Notes: generated by a model not told the origin, from the letters alone. A DNA stretch of 64,000 nucleotides from an uncultured Candidatus Saccharibacteria bacterium (GCA_964514595.1 CAZEQZ010000002.1:185663-249662); one strand, 5' to 3'. Positions 1 to 9,665 are shown, numbered from the stretch's first letter. Numbers and translations are program-made.

Positions 1-1769
1 TCCAATTCATGTCCATGAATTGCCATCTCCACATCCTCGACTATGTTTACTCTTTCTGGATTCAATTCTATTTTGTCTCCCTCTAGTTTGGCACTACTTA
101 ATAAGGTATTTATCAATTTAATCTCGTTATCTACAGCTGTCTTTATCCTCTTTAGATACAATTCAAATTTATCCCTATTATTAAGAAGATCCTCTGTGAA
201 ATTCTCTAGAAGCTCTGCATTTAACTTAACAACAGTAGCAGGTGTTCTTAATTCATGACCCATTATGTCTATCATGTCAGACTCTTTTCTGCGAGCTTCT
301 TCTAATTGCTCAATCTTTTCTTGGAGCTCCTTGGTTTGCTCAGATACTTTCTGTTGAAGAGAAAGATTCAGATCCTGAACTTGACTATATAATATAGATC
401 TACTGAATGCGACAGAAAAACTTACTATGAGCTCCTCTAGATAGTCTATATCTTCGACTGTAAACGGATTCTTATTATTCTTCCTACCAAGTACTATCAC
501 TCCATTTAAATGGACCTTCCGATTAAGCGGAAGAATTATTTCTATATCATCTTTCTCCATAAATGAAAGGATCCTTTGAAGATACGGATTATCTATTTTT
601 GAGGACAGTAGTTCCTCTTTAGCTATAACCGTACTATGACCTATTTCATCCCAATAGTAGATAACTTGCAGAAGATTTCTGTTATCCAAAGGTCTATCTT
701 GGAATTCTCTCAACTTTTTATATAATATCGTTGCGTTATCACTGTCAAATATTATTACTCCAGATTTATCCAAATCAAATATAACATCTATAGCCTTTAA
801 TACCACTATCCCTAGTTTCTCGATATTTAATTCTGTACTAATACTTCTTAAAAATTTCTCCCTTATCTCCTCAGCTCGTTCACTTTTAAATCCAACCACT
901 GGATTCAATTTTCTGTTTAAAAAGTCCCCTAGAATAGAGTATAAGAGGACAAATAATATAGATGTTCCTATACCGATAACATATGTCAAAAACACATCTT
1001 TTGTTAGTTCAAATGTGGGGAGTAGATTGAGAAGTAATACAAAAAACAGGAATGGTATTACGGTAAGGGAAGCGTAGTACGTTAACTTTCCTAAAAGGAA
1101 TTTAACACTGAACAAGCGATGGCTAGTAACAGTGTATGTTGTGATTACACTAAATATACTAACTGCTACTGGTCCCCAAAATGCTGAAGCAGAGCTTTTT
1201 GTTATTATTGGCAGTATTACATTTGTAAAGATTGCAAATATAGATGCCAGGACCATTCCTATTGTTATATATGACATTTGCAAGTATTCTAAGCCTCTCG
1301 AGATCTTTCTTAATTTGAATATAGAGTAGATCAGGTAACCTATACCTATGACAACAAAAAATACATATATTAATGCTAATATTCCAAATTCCACAGCTGG
1401 ATAATTTGAGCCCTCTACCGCAATCATTTCCCTCACCAAAAAAGGAGTGAAGGCAAAAAGAGCCATTAAAAACCCAAGTATATTTATAACTTTTTGTAAT
1501 ATTGACTTTTCTTCATCGGCATATGATGAAAAGAATGAGGTATAACTAGCTACTGCTATTGCTGTCGTGGAGAAGGTCAATCTTGCAAACCAAATTGCTA
1601 TTTCTAAATTAGTTGTTCTAGTTATTGAGAATATAGAGAGAACCCAAAGTACGATACTAACATTGAATAGAAAGAGACTCTTTAAACCTTTCTCTCTTTT
1701 CCTTAAAAGTACCCAAACCAAGTACACATGTAGAAGAATTTGCAAGCCAAATAGTGTATATTCAAACAC
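1..1769 (-). CDS. Membrane sensor histidine kinase (multi-TM/7TM-like input, GAF-like domain, HisKA); C-terminus runs off the window
   Basis: Read by hand; not in the ORF track. GTG at 1769 gives MFEYTLFGLQILLHVYLVWVLL... with several hydrophobic helices. The same frame gives GAF-like IILPLNRKVHLNGVIVLGRK (~480-539), a coiled coil and the H-box DMIDIMGHELRTP (~240-278). Confidence 0.9.
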   Translation of the reverse strand, partial: MFEYTLFGLQILLHVYLVWVLLRKREKGLKSLFLFNVSIVLWVLSIFSITRTTNLEIAIWFARLTFSTTAIAVASYTSFFSSYADEEKSILQKVINILGFLMALFAFTPFLVREMIAVEGSNYPAVEFGILALIYVFFVVIGIGYLIYSIFKLRKISRGLEYLQMSYITIGMVLASIFAIFTNVILPIITKSSASAFWGPVAVSIFSVITTYTVTSHRLFSVKFLLGKLTYYASLTVIPFLFFVLLLNLLPTFELTKDVFLTYVIGIGTSILFVLLYSILGDFLNRKLNPVVGFKSERAEEIREKFLRSISTELNIEKLGIVVLKAIDVIFDLDKSGVIIFDSDNATILYKKLREFQDRPLDNRNLLQVIYYWDEIGHSTVIAKEELLSSKIDNPYLQRILSFMEKDDIEIILPLNRKVHLNGVIVLGRKNNKNPFTVEDIDYLEELIVSFSVAFSRSILYSQVQDLNLSLQQKVSEQTKELQEKIEQLEEARRKESDMIDIMGHELRTPATVVKLNAELLENFTEDLLNNRDKFELYLKRIKTAVDNEIKLINTLLSSAKLEGDKIELNPERVNIVEDVEMAIHGHEL

Positions 1770-1810
1770 ATTAGAAAAGTTACTATTTTAACTTTCTTAA
1801 TATACTATAT

Positions 1811-3451
1811 TTACCTTCTAACTTCCATCTTCTCTTGGGGAACTTGAACATAGTACAGGGACACATTCATTGGAAATTTCCCTGTATCATTTATATTTTC
1901 ATAAATATAATTCATCTTTAGATCTTTCTCATTTGGCCAAAGCTCACTTACTGCAATATCCAAAGAAACATCCTTGTTCTCAATCATATACTCCCTTATC
2001 CTATTTAGGATTTCATCCCTCTTAACATTATCAAATCCGTCTTCTGTGAAAAAATATTTTGCTCCTGTAAGTATAGTTCTTATGTTGTCAGGGTCCTCCC
2101 TATTTAATTCCACTCCTTCGACCTTCTCAAATTCCTTAACTCCTAAATTTTTCAATATCCTATTAAAAAGCATTACTCTATCGGGGGTAGCAGTAAAGAA
2201 AAGGATCCCCAAATTCTGGTCATACACTTCTTTATAAATTCTTTCTATAACTCTCTTGATAGATTCCAAACCTATTCTATTGTATTCCTCACCGTATGCA
2301 CTTATAGTCCCCAATCTCCTTATTTCTCCTGTCTTTCTGTTTTGAGGAATAAGTTTGTCAAAATCTTTTGGTAAAACAAACAAATCTCCAAACTCCCAAG
2401 AATCTAAATTGTAATCTTCCTCTATATCGAAAGTAGCTATAGCACCTGGGACATTCATCCCTATGATCGATGCTAAAACTGTAAGGCTTTTCTTGTGTTT
2501 TTTATCCTGTTCATCCACTCCTGTTACTATTGGATTTATCTTCTCAGAATAATTTCTCTCTCTAAACCTTTCCAATAACTCTCTTGCTGAAGATGCGAGG
2601 ATGTCCAAAGCAAAGGTTCCATTAACTTTGGGTTCTACTTCATTTATTTTTCTTAGTTGTAAAGTAAGGTTGTGTCCTAGATAATCACCTCTTTTTAAAT
2701 ATTCTACTTCAAACAAACCTGTTTGCTTTATAAAATCTAACATCTCTTGCTCTCCAAAAAGCTGACTGGTAGGAAGTATTTCTTCCTTATTTCTTCTTAT
2801 GGCATTTTTAGTTTCAGGATTCTTTATATTTTTTATAGATTCAGAGATCTCTCCTCTCTTTGATGCAGAAGAAACTTCTTTCATTAGTCCCTTCATAGTG
2901 TTCATTAAACCAACATTTTGCGTAGAAGATAGGGGATCCGTAATTATCAAAGTTCCATTCTCCTTTAATAATCTCCAAGCATTCAGTAATACTGTCCATC
3001 GTCTATATAATGCTTCCTCTTTATCAAGGTGACCTATCCCTGTTGTGACTGCATACCAGGAATTTTCTAATATTACTGTGTCTAACAACTCTCCACCCCC
3101 TCCTAGATACCTTTCTACCAGAAACGGATCCGATATATTCGTATTAAAGAAAGAGAAATTCTTATCCTCCGGTAGATTACGAGACATTTCAAAACTATTG
3201 TCAAAACCTACTAATCTATACATATCCTTGCCCCAAGCCTTATTAAACTTGATCAAGACCTCGGATATAGGTGCAGGACCACATCCAAACTCTGCGATTA
3301 ATGAAGGAGTACTTGGATTATTATATGCATGTTCTTGGGTTATTAATTCGACAATACTTAAATCCAATTCTTTTTTGGCACTTGCGGTTGTAACTTCATT
3401 GTATTCTGTTTTTCCATACTGTCCCCAGATTTCTTTTGCTTCAGTTTCCAT
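1811..3451 (-). CDS. Class I SAM-dependent methyltransferase fused to a putative LuxI/FeeM-like GNAT acyltransferase domain
   Basis: N-half has motif I LIAEFGCG, motif II LVGFDNS..M and LLKENGTLIITDP. C-half has RFRERNY, GVDEQD and GEIRRLG in the order of the LuxI/FeeM conserved blocks. The methyltransferase call is firm; the acyltransferase call is moderate. Confidence 0.65.
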   Translation of the reverse strand: METEAKEIWGQYGKTEYNEVTTASAKKELDLSIVELITQEHAYNNPSTPSLIAEFGCGPAPISEVLIKFNKAWGKDMYRLVGFDNSFEMSRNLPEDKNFSFFNTNISDPFLVERYLGGGGELLDTVILENSWYAVTTGIGHLDKEEALYRRWTVLLNAWRLLKENGTLIITDPLSSTQNVGLMNTMKGLMKEVSSASKRGEISESIKNIKNPETKNAIRRNKEEILPTSQLFGEQEMLDFIKQTGLFEVEYLKRGDYLGHNLTLQLRKINEVEPKVNGTFALDILASSARELLERFRERNYSEKINPIVTGVDEQDKKHKKSLTVLASIIGMNVPGAIATFDIEEDYNLDSWEFGDLFVLPKDFDKLIPQNRKTGEIRRLGTISAYGEEYNRIGLESIKRVIERIYKEVYDQNLGILFFTATPDRVMLFNRILKNLGVKEFEKVEGVELNREDPDNIRTILTGAKYFFTEDGFDNVKRDEILNRIREYMIENKDVSLDIAVSELWPNEKDLKMNYIYENINDTGKFPMNVSLYYVQVPQEKMEVRR

Positions 3452-3525
3452 TCAGATTATAACCAATTTAACCTATAGTATTATATCCCAAATGATGTAT
3501 TTTTGTCCACTAAATACAATAAGAC

Positions 3526-4158
3526 TTAGATACTTATTATGAAAGCCTCTATCTTTCCATCCTTGCCTATAGATTCTATCTTCAAATCACTAAATTTTAC
3601 TAAATTAACAGAATAATCCTTTTCGTGGATAATCCAAAAACCAGTAGATATATGGTTTTCATTATAGAAATATTTAATCAATTTTCTAAACTCATGCAGT
3701 GAATCACCATCTATCCAATCATCACCTATCTTCCCCAGACCTAAATCCATTATATAGCCCACTCTTCCATACTTATTGCCTAAAGAATTTCTTAAAATAT
3801 TACTTAATATCTCGACGTGCTGCCTCTTACTATTCAAATCAATCGAATCAAATCCGTAGAGATTTATATCTAAGGCTTTTCTATAATCGTTCTCAAATTG
3901 ATTAATCATCTCCTCGGTTTCTCCACTACGTGCTAAAAGAAAACCAGCAGGATTTAATTCTTCGTCATCGTAAATAATACCACTGAAAACTGAAGTATCT
4001 CTTAAAATCTCTTCTAATTCTTCTTTAATAGCACCCCCATTCTCTTCCTTACCAAATGGAGGATTAGAGTATCTATCTACATAGTATTTAACAAATACTG
4101 AACTTGGGTCTACTTCTGAATTGTCACCTGTTGTAATTTCTTCTATTTCTCTATCCAT
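3526..4158 (-). CDS. Hypothetical protein, possibly degenerate GNAT fold
   Basis: Start moved to ATG 4158 (MDREIEE), preceded by GGGAGGGAAG, because the longer ORF overlaps rnpB. PAGFLLAR and RVGYIMDLGL resemble GNAT beta-strands. Confidence 0.5.
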   Translation of the reverse strand: MDREIEEITTGDNSEVDPSSVFVKYYVDRYSNPPFGKEENGGAIKEELEEILRDTSVFSGIIYDDEELNPAGFLLARSGETEEMINQFENDYRKALDINLYGFDSIDLNSKRQHVEILSNILRNSLGNKYGRVGYIMDLGLGKIGDDWIDGDSLHEFRKLIKYFYNENHISTGFWIIHEKDYSVNLVKFSDLKIESIGKDGKIEAFIISI

Positions 4159-4220
4159 ACTTCCCTCCCATAGCATAATAATATCAGTACTAAAGAAAGA
4201 TCTCAATATACCAAGAAAAT

Positions 4221-4508
4221 ACGCAAGTACACAATAAGCCGGATTCTGTATAACGATGATTATCTGTCTATGCGGTTTAACCTTGCTCCGGGTGGGGGTT
4301 ACCACGCAATACTGTATTACTACAGTACCCGGTAGTCTCTTACACTACCATTTCACCCTTACCTAATAAATTAGGCGGTATATCTTTCTGTTGCCCTTTT
4401 CTCCGAAAGATCACTCCCTCCCAACTCTCGTTGGCACCCTTTCGTGGAGTCCGGACTTTCCTCACTTACTTTAAAAAAGCAAGCGTAATCATCTAGTAGT
4501 ACTTGCGT
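4221..4508 (-). ncRNA. rnpB: RNase P RNA (compact)
   Basis: Universal motifs GAGGAAAGUCCGGAC (4449-4463) and ACAGAAUCCGGCUUA (4235-4249). P1 helix ACGCAAGUAC/GUACUUGCGU is formed by 4499-4508 and 4221-4230. TATAAT lies at 4515-4520. Confidence 0.95.
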
Positions 4509-4514
4509 GTTGAT

Positions 4515-4520
4515 ATTATA
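4515..4520 (-). promoter_or_regulatory. -10 box for rnpB
   Basis: TATAAT lies 6 nt upstream of the predicted P1 5' end at 4508. Confidence 0.6.
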
Positions 4521-5426
4521 CTATTTTTTACGCTTTTTTTGAATCAATATGACCGGAACTACTATCAAGGCTATTACTGGAATGAATACAATCAACCATA
4601 TAATTCCACTCCCAACAAACTTTGCGAAACCAACTAAAGCCCTTATAGCATCCCTCAAGACACCCTCTGGTCTCCATTCATCCTCTACTAGATCTGCACC
4701 TACACTACTTTGAGATATATGCATATATATATACGAATATTTTGTTTGATTTCCTATGTTCTTTAATTCTGCTTCTACCCTCTCAATATTGTACCTAACC
4801 TCATTTAATTCTTTATAAATAGCTAATGTCTCTTCTACAGTTGTAGAATTTCCTAAAAGGGTTACAAACTGAGTTTCTACACTTTTATAATTACTTAATC
4901 TAGCTTCTAAATCTACTACCGTATCTGTCACATCACTCTCACTAATTGAAGAACTTAGAAATTCACCATCCAAATCTTTAAGTCTATTATATAACTCTTC
5001 AAATTTACTCTCTTCCACCTTTATTGTTAAACCAACACCCCTATCTTTCCCTTTTCCATAGTCATTTAGATTGATCACAGAGGCGTTAAATTCAGCCCTG
5101 ACAGCTGTTATCTCATCTAATGATTCATCTATATCATCTACAGCTATATTTATACTACCTGTTCTAATTATGCTTCTTGTTTCATCGGAATATTCATAAG
5201 AATAGCTTTCTTCCTTCATCATGACATCAGGCTCTATATATGCGCTATCCTCATACATCCCTGGGCCCCCATACCCCATTCCATAGCCTCCATAGTAGTC
5301 GTTTGTCGTATTCATATATCCATCTTTTACTTTGTATATCCAAAATCCAGCTAGAAAAACGAGAGGGATAAAGAAAATAATTGCCAAAGATATTAAAACA
5401 ATCTTTAGAGTTTTGTTATTTTTCAT
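4521..5426 (-). CDS. DUF4349-family membrane protein
   Basis: N-terminal TM, IIRTGSINIAV, DVTDTVVDLEARL coiled coil and C-terminal TM match DUF4349 architecture. Confidence 0.8.
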   Translation of the reverse strand: MKNNKTLKIVLISLAIIFFIPLVFLAGFWIYKVKDGYMNTTNDYYGGYGMGYGGPGMYEDSAYIEPDVMMKEESYSYEYSDETRSIIRTGSINIAVDDIDESLDEITAVRAEFNASVINLNDYGKGKDRGVGLTIKVEESKFEELYNRLKDLDGEFLSSSISESDVTDTVVDLEARLSNYKSVETQFVTLLGNSTTVEETLAIYKELNEVRYNIERVEAELKNIGNQTKYSYIYMHISQSSVGADLVEDEWRPEGVLRDAIRALVGFAKFVGSGIIWLIVFIPVIALIVVPVILIQKKRKK

Positions 5427-5487
5427 ATGTGGAGATGATTAAATTATCCTAAATGATAGGGGATACTTATAAACATTACAATAGAAA

Positions 5488-5880
5488 CTACCTCTTTGAG
5501 AATTGAGGCTTCTTCCTAGCTTTAACATGATGATACTTCTTCCTTTCAACTGCCCTAGGATCTCTAGATACTAGCTTTTCTTTTCTCAATGTTGTTTTAA
5601 GCTCAGGATCCATTCCATACAATGCTCTAGCCAAGCCCAATCTTACAGCTTCCAACTGACCATTTATACCACCTCCAGATACCTTTGCCGTAAAGTAGTA
5701 CTTCCCTTCAAGACCTAACACTATTAAGGGTCTGTTTACAATTTTCTCCGCATCATTTTTAGCTGAAAAATATTCGCTAACTGCATTACCATTAACAGAA
5801 GACGCTTTATCTCCCTTGTATAGCCTCACTCTAGCTGTAGATGTTTTTCTTCTTCCTATTCCTTCTGTATACTTCTCCAC
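5488..5880 (-). CDS. rpsI: 30S ribosomal protein S9
   Basis: GRRKTSTARV, GGGINGQ, C-terminal QFSKR. Confidence 0.98.
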   Translation of the reverse strand: MEKYTEGIGRRKTSTARVRLYKGDKASSVNGNAVSEYFSAKNDAEKIVNRPLIVLGLEGKYYFTAKVSGGGINGQLEAVRLGLARALYGMDPELKTTLRKEKLVSRDPRAVERKKYHHVKARKKPQFSKR

Positions 5881-5891
5881 TATTTAAAATT

Positions 5892-6326
5892 TTATAATTT
5901 AATTTCAACTGGTTTTTGAGCAGAATTCTTATGTTCCAAATTCTTATAGACGATTAATCTGGTCATCCTCCTGTCTCTATGTTTATTCTGCGGTAACATG
6001 TTCTTTACTGAATCCTCTATAACCTTTCTCGAATCTTTAACCATCTGTTCATCAAATCTGGTCTCTTTATAACCACCAGGATACCCTGAGTGTCTATAAT
6101 ACATTTTCTTTTTCTCTTTGCCCCTTGTTAACTTAACAAAGTCACTATTTACTACTATTACATAATCTCCACAATCTACATTAGGAACTATCTCAGGTTT
6201 CTCTTTACCTATTAATAAGGATGCTATTTGGGTGGAGGCCCTGCCTAATATCTGATCCTTAACATCAATCAAGTACCACTTCCTTTCAACATCTTCTTTA
6301 TTTGTCCAACTAGTTTTATATTTCAT
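5892..6326 (-). CDS. rplM: 50S ribosomal protein L13
   Basis: RKWYLID, DCGDYVIVVN, YYRHSGYPGG. Confidence 0.98.
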   Translation of the reverse strand: MKYKTSWTNKEDVERKWYLIDVKDQILGRASTQIASLLIGKEKPEIVPNVDCGDYVIVVNSDFVKLTRGKEKKKMYYRHSGYPGGYKETRFDEQMVKDSRKVIEDSVKNMLPQNKHRDRRMTRLIVYKNLEHKNSAQKPVEIKL

Positions 6327-6342
6327 AATTTGTTAACCTCAA

Positions 6343-6855
6343 TTAAATACCTGCTCTACTTCTAGCTCTTTCTGTTTTTTTAATAACTGCAGTTTTATCA
6401 ACTCTCTTATCTACATCTAATTCAATTTTTCTATGTTCATCATGCTCATGATGCTTAGCTTCTTTCTCTTCTTTTTCTTCCTTCTTAACTACTTTCTTTC
6501 CTTTTTTCTCCAAACCTAGGAGAAACACCCTAGATTTCTCTGCATTATCACCATCTCTAAAACCAACTCTAACAAATCCAACTCCAGCACTATCCTTTTT
6601 AATATATTCAAAATACTTTTTAACCAAATCCTCTTTACCTAAAATGTTCTGAAGCTCCCTTCTGAAAGATAGTTCATCTTTTGTACCTTTACCTTTCTGT
6701 ATTATGGACATAGCTTCTTTTTTCAGAGCCTTCGCTTTAGGAGTAGTTGTTACTACATAGTTATTATCAAAGAGAGATCTTAGAAGATTACTTACTAAAG
6801 CATCTCTATGTGACTTCTTTCTTCCTAATTTTGCTCTCTTTACTCTTTTGTACAT
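6343..6855 (-). CDS. rplQ: 50S ribosomal protein L17 with charged C-terminal extension
   Basis: KLGRKKSHR, TTTPKAK, RDGDNA; position after rpoA. Confidence 0.95.
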   Translation of the reverse strand: MYKRVKRAKLGRKKSHRDALVSNLLRSLFDNNYVVTTTPKAKALKKEAMSIIQKGKGTKDELSFRRELQNILGKEDLVKKYFEYIKKDSAGVGFVRVGFRDGDNAEKSRVFLLGLEKKGKKVVKKEEKEEKEAKHHEHDEHRKIELDVDKRVDKTAVIKKTERARSRAGI

Positions 6856-6860
6856 TCCCC

Positions 6861-7826
6861 CTATGCTCCTTTAATATTAATTCCATACTCAGTTAAAAGC
6901 TCCAAGACTTCATTCAATGACTTGTTACCGAACCCTGGCAAATTCAATAGTTCTGTGGCTGTAGTATTTCTAAGATCACCAACTGTTTTGAATCCACCAG
7001 AAAGAAGTCCTGTCTTAGATCTCTTTGATATTGGTAATTCTTCTATCTTCCATCCCCCTATCTCATCATCTTCCTGTCCAACTATCTCTTCAGAAGCTTC
7101 AACTTGATTGGCCTCTTCGGCTAATTCTATAACTTCCCTTTCTGACATACCCATAGCAATCATTACTTTACCTGCAAATTCTTGCAAAATTCTAGATGAC
7201 TGGACTAACGCATCTTTAGGAGAAATGCTTCCATCGGAAGTCACTCCTATCAACACTGCATCCAAATCGGTCTCCTGTCCTTTTCTAGCCTGCTCCACAC
7301 TTAAGCTAACTCTTTCTATTGGAGTAAAATCACAATCTAGAGGTATAAGACCTATCTCTTTCCTTTCCCCTGTATCAACTCCTCTATACCCTACTCCTGA
7401 TTCTACGGTAATATTCATTACCAGTTCAGAGGATGTATCTGTTAGTTCTGCCAAGACCAAATCCTTATTCACTACCTCCAAATCTCCGGTAATCTCAATA
7501 TCACCAGCTGTTACAACTTTCTTTCCTTTGGCTTCCAATTTACAGGAAAACACCTCATCCATCTCCGTTTTGAATTTAACCTGCTTAAGGTTCAAAATTA
7601 TATCCACAACTGTCTCTTTAACTCCGTCTAAAGTCGAATATTCATGATCAACCCCTTTTATCTGCACAGCTGTAATACCTGTACCCTTCAAACTAGAGTA
7701 AAGGATTCTCCTTAGGGCATTCCCAAGAGTATGACCATATCCTCTTGGAAGAGGAGATATTTCAAACAATCCGTAATTATCTTTCTCCTCCTTTATTGTT
7801 ACCTTTATATCTTTAAAAGCTTCCAT
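6861..7826 (-). CDS. rpoA: RNA polymerase alpha subunit
   Basis: PLPRGYGHTLGNALRR, HEYSTLDGVKE, alpha-CTD GFGNKSLNE. Confidence 0.98.
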   Translation of the reverse strand: MEAFKDIKVTIKEEKDNYGLFEISPLPRGYGHTLGNALRRILYSSLKGTGITAVQIKGVDHEYSTLDGVKETVVDIILNLKQVKFKTEMDEVFSCKLEAKGKKVVTAGDIEITGDLEVVNKDLVLAELTDTSSELVMNITVESGVGYRGVDTGERKEIGLIPLDCDFTPIERVSLSVEQARKGQETDLDAVLIGVTSDGSISPKDALVQSSRILQEFAGKVMIAMGMSEREVIELAEEANQVEASEEIVGQEDDEIGGWKIEELPISKRSKTGLLSGGFKTVGDLRNTTATELLNLPGFGNKSLNEVLELLTEYGINIKGA

Positions 7827-7843
7827 TTAAAAAATATTTAAAA

Positions 7844-8455
7844 TTATCTAGAGTAGAACTCAATTATTAAGTTCTCCTTAATTCCTTCATCCATATCATC
7901 TCTTATCGGTAATCTTACAATCTTACATTTTGTATCCTTGCTCTCTATCCAATCAGGTGTCTTAAAAAACTTCTCTGTGGGAGCCAACTTTGCCTTTACC
8001 AACTCTACAGAATCTCCCTCCTTAAGCTCTAGAGAAGGAATACTTATTTTCTCCCCATTGACCTTCACATGACCATGAGTTACAAACTGCCTAGCAGAAG
8101 CTCTAGAAGGAGCCAAACCGGCAAGATATATCACATTGTCTAACCTAAGTTCTAAAAGTCTTAAAAACTCCAATCCTTTATCTGAGTTGAAAAATTTAGA
8201 CCTTCTGTCCGCTTCCTTAAAACTTAACTTCATCTTTTTTTCTCTAAGACCATACATTCTCTTCACCTTCTGCTTCTCTCTTAACTGAAAACCATAGTTA
8301 GACAACCTTGCCCTTCTCTGATTTCCATGCTGACCCGGAGGAAATGGCTTCCTTGCAAGGCCACTTTTCTCAGAAAATGATCTAGCACCCTTGAGATGCA
8401 GATTTACTCCCTCTCTCCTACTTAATTTTTCTTTTGGTCCTGTATATCTACCCAT
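7844..8455 (-). CDS. rpsD: 30S ribosomal protein S4
   Basis: MGRYTGP, PPGQHG, LREKQK, RLDN, EFYSR. Confidence 0.98.
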   Translation of the reverse strand: MGRYTGPKEKLSRREGVNLHLKGARSFSEKSGLARKPFPPGQHGNQRRARLSNYGFQLREKQKVKRMYGLREKKMKLSFKEADRRSKFFNSDKGLEFLRLLELRLDNVIYLAGLAPSRASARQFVTHGHVKVNGEKISIPSLELKEGDSVELVKAKLAPTEKFFKTPDWIESKDTKCKIVRLPIRDDMDEGIKENLIIEFYSR

Positions 8456-8476
8456 TTATAACAAAAAATATATTAA

Positions 8477-8857
8477 TTACTTTCTAGGAGCTTTTCTCGG
8501 CCTACATCCATTATGTGGAATAGGGGTCCTATCAACCAACATAGTAATTCTTAAACCTGCTGAATCCAATCCTTTAACTGCTGCATTTCTTCCCGCTCCT
8601 GGCCCCTTTATGAAAACCTTTACCTCTTTAAGTCCATATTTCTTTATAACTCTTTCTGCCACCTCCATAGCAGCCTTAGTAGCTGCAAATGCTGTACTCC
8701 TTTTTGCTCCTTTAAATCCAACCCTCGCAGGACTTCCCTGTCCTAAAAGCTCACCTTCATTATCTGTCAAACTTATTATTGTATTGTTAAAAGTTGATTG
8801 AATAGACGCAATTCCACTCTGTACGCTCTTTTTTGTTTTACTTTTAACTTTAGCCAT
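8477..8857 (-). CDS. rpsK: 30S ribosomal protein S11
   Basis: STFNNTI, KGPGAGR, TPIPHNGCRP. Confidence 0.98.
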   Translation of the reverse strand: MAKVKSKTKKSVQSGIASIQSTFNNTIISLTDNEGELLGQGSPARVGFKGAKRSTAFAATKAAMEVAERVIKKYGLKEVKVFIKGPGAGRNAAVKGLDSAGLRITMLVDRTPIPHNGCRPRKAPRK

Positions 8858-8860
8858 ATT

Positions 8861-9244
8861 TTATGTTTTTTCTAATTTACGCTTTAATCCACCAACAGGT
8901 TTACTTCTACCTTTCCTTGTTCTTGCATTATGCCTAGTTCTCTGTCCCCTAACCGGCAAACCTAATTTATGCCTTATACCTCTATAACTTCTGGTATCCT
9001 TCAGTCTCTTTACATCCCTAAATATTCCCTGTCTTAATTCTCCCTCTACTTTGTAATTTTCTTCTATGTATTTTCTTATTACATCCAACTCTGCTTCACT
9101 CATATCTTTAACAAACTTATTTGCATCCAACCTTGTTTTCTCACATAACTCCTTGGCCTTACTCTCTCCTATCCCATAGACGCTTAAAAGAGAGACCCAG
9201 AGTCTCTTCTCGTTTGGTATTTCTATTCCAGCTACCCTTGCCAT
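8861..9244 (-). CDS. rpsM: 30S ribosomal protein S13
   Basis: MARVAG, YRGIRH, LPVRGQRT. Confidence 0.98.
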   Translation of the reverse strand: MARVAGIEIPNEKRLWVSLLSVYGIGESKAKELCEKTRLDANKFVKDMSEAELDVIRKYIEENYKVEGELRQGIFRDVKRLKDTRSYRGIRHKLGLPVRGQRTRHNARTRKGRSKPVGGLKRKLEKT

Positions 9245-9269
9245 TTAATAATCGTATAACTTAATTAAA

Positions 9270-9386
9270 TTATCCCTGCCTTTGCTTATGTTTAGGATTC
9301 TTCTTACAATATACATAAACTCTTCTTTTCCTCTTAACAACGTAACAATCCGGACATCTTTTTTTTGCTGACGCTTGAACTTTCAT
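9270..9386 (-). CDS. rpmJ: 50S ribosomal protein L36 (zinc-binding type)
   Basis: Read by hand: [38 protein letters not shown]. Confidence 0.97.
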   Translation of the reverse strand: MKVQASAKKRCPDCYVVKRKRRVYVYCKKNPKHKQRQG

Positions 9387-9393
9387 AACTACA

Positions 9394-9627
9394 TTAATTC
9401 ATATATCTATATGTTATTCGCCCCTTCTCTTTGTCATATGGAGTCATCTCAATCCTAACCTTATCCCCCTCTAAGATACGGATATAATGCATTCTCATCT
9501 TTCCGGAGAGATATCCAACTACCTCATGCTTCTTCCCTTCTACATCAATCTCCACAACGAATTGAGTGTTAGGCAAACATTCCTTCACTATACCATCGAA
9601 TTCAAATACTTTTTTGCTTTCTTTCAT
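9394..9627 (-). CDS. infA: Translation initiation factor IF-1
   Basis: [28 protein letters not shown]. Confidence 0.97.
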   Translation of the reverse strand: MKESKKVFEFDGIVKECLPNTQFVVEIDVEGKKHEVVGYLSGKMRMHYIRILEGDKVRIEMTPYDKEKGRITYRYMN

Positions 9628-9665
9628 AAGTATCCCTTTTTCTCTTTGTAAATAGAGTCCTCAGA

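Noticed and set aside
43-3905. Short + strand ORFs over the kinase, fusion gene and neighbour
   Set aside because: They are antisense shadows of longer motif-bearing minus-strand genes.
4159-4305. N-terminal extension of ORF 3526..4305
   Set aside because: It overlaps the RNase P RNA, and ATG 4158 has a good ribosome-binding site.
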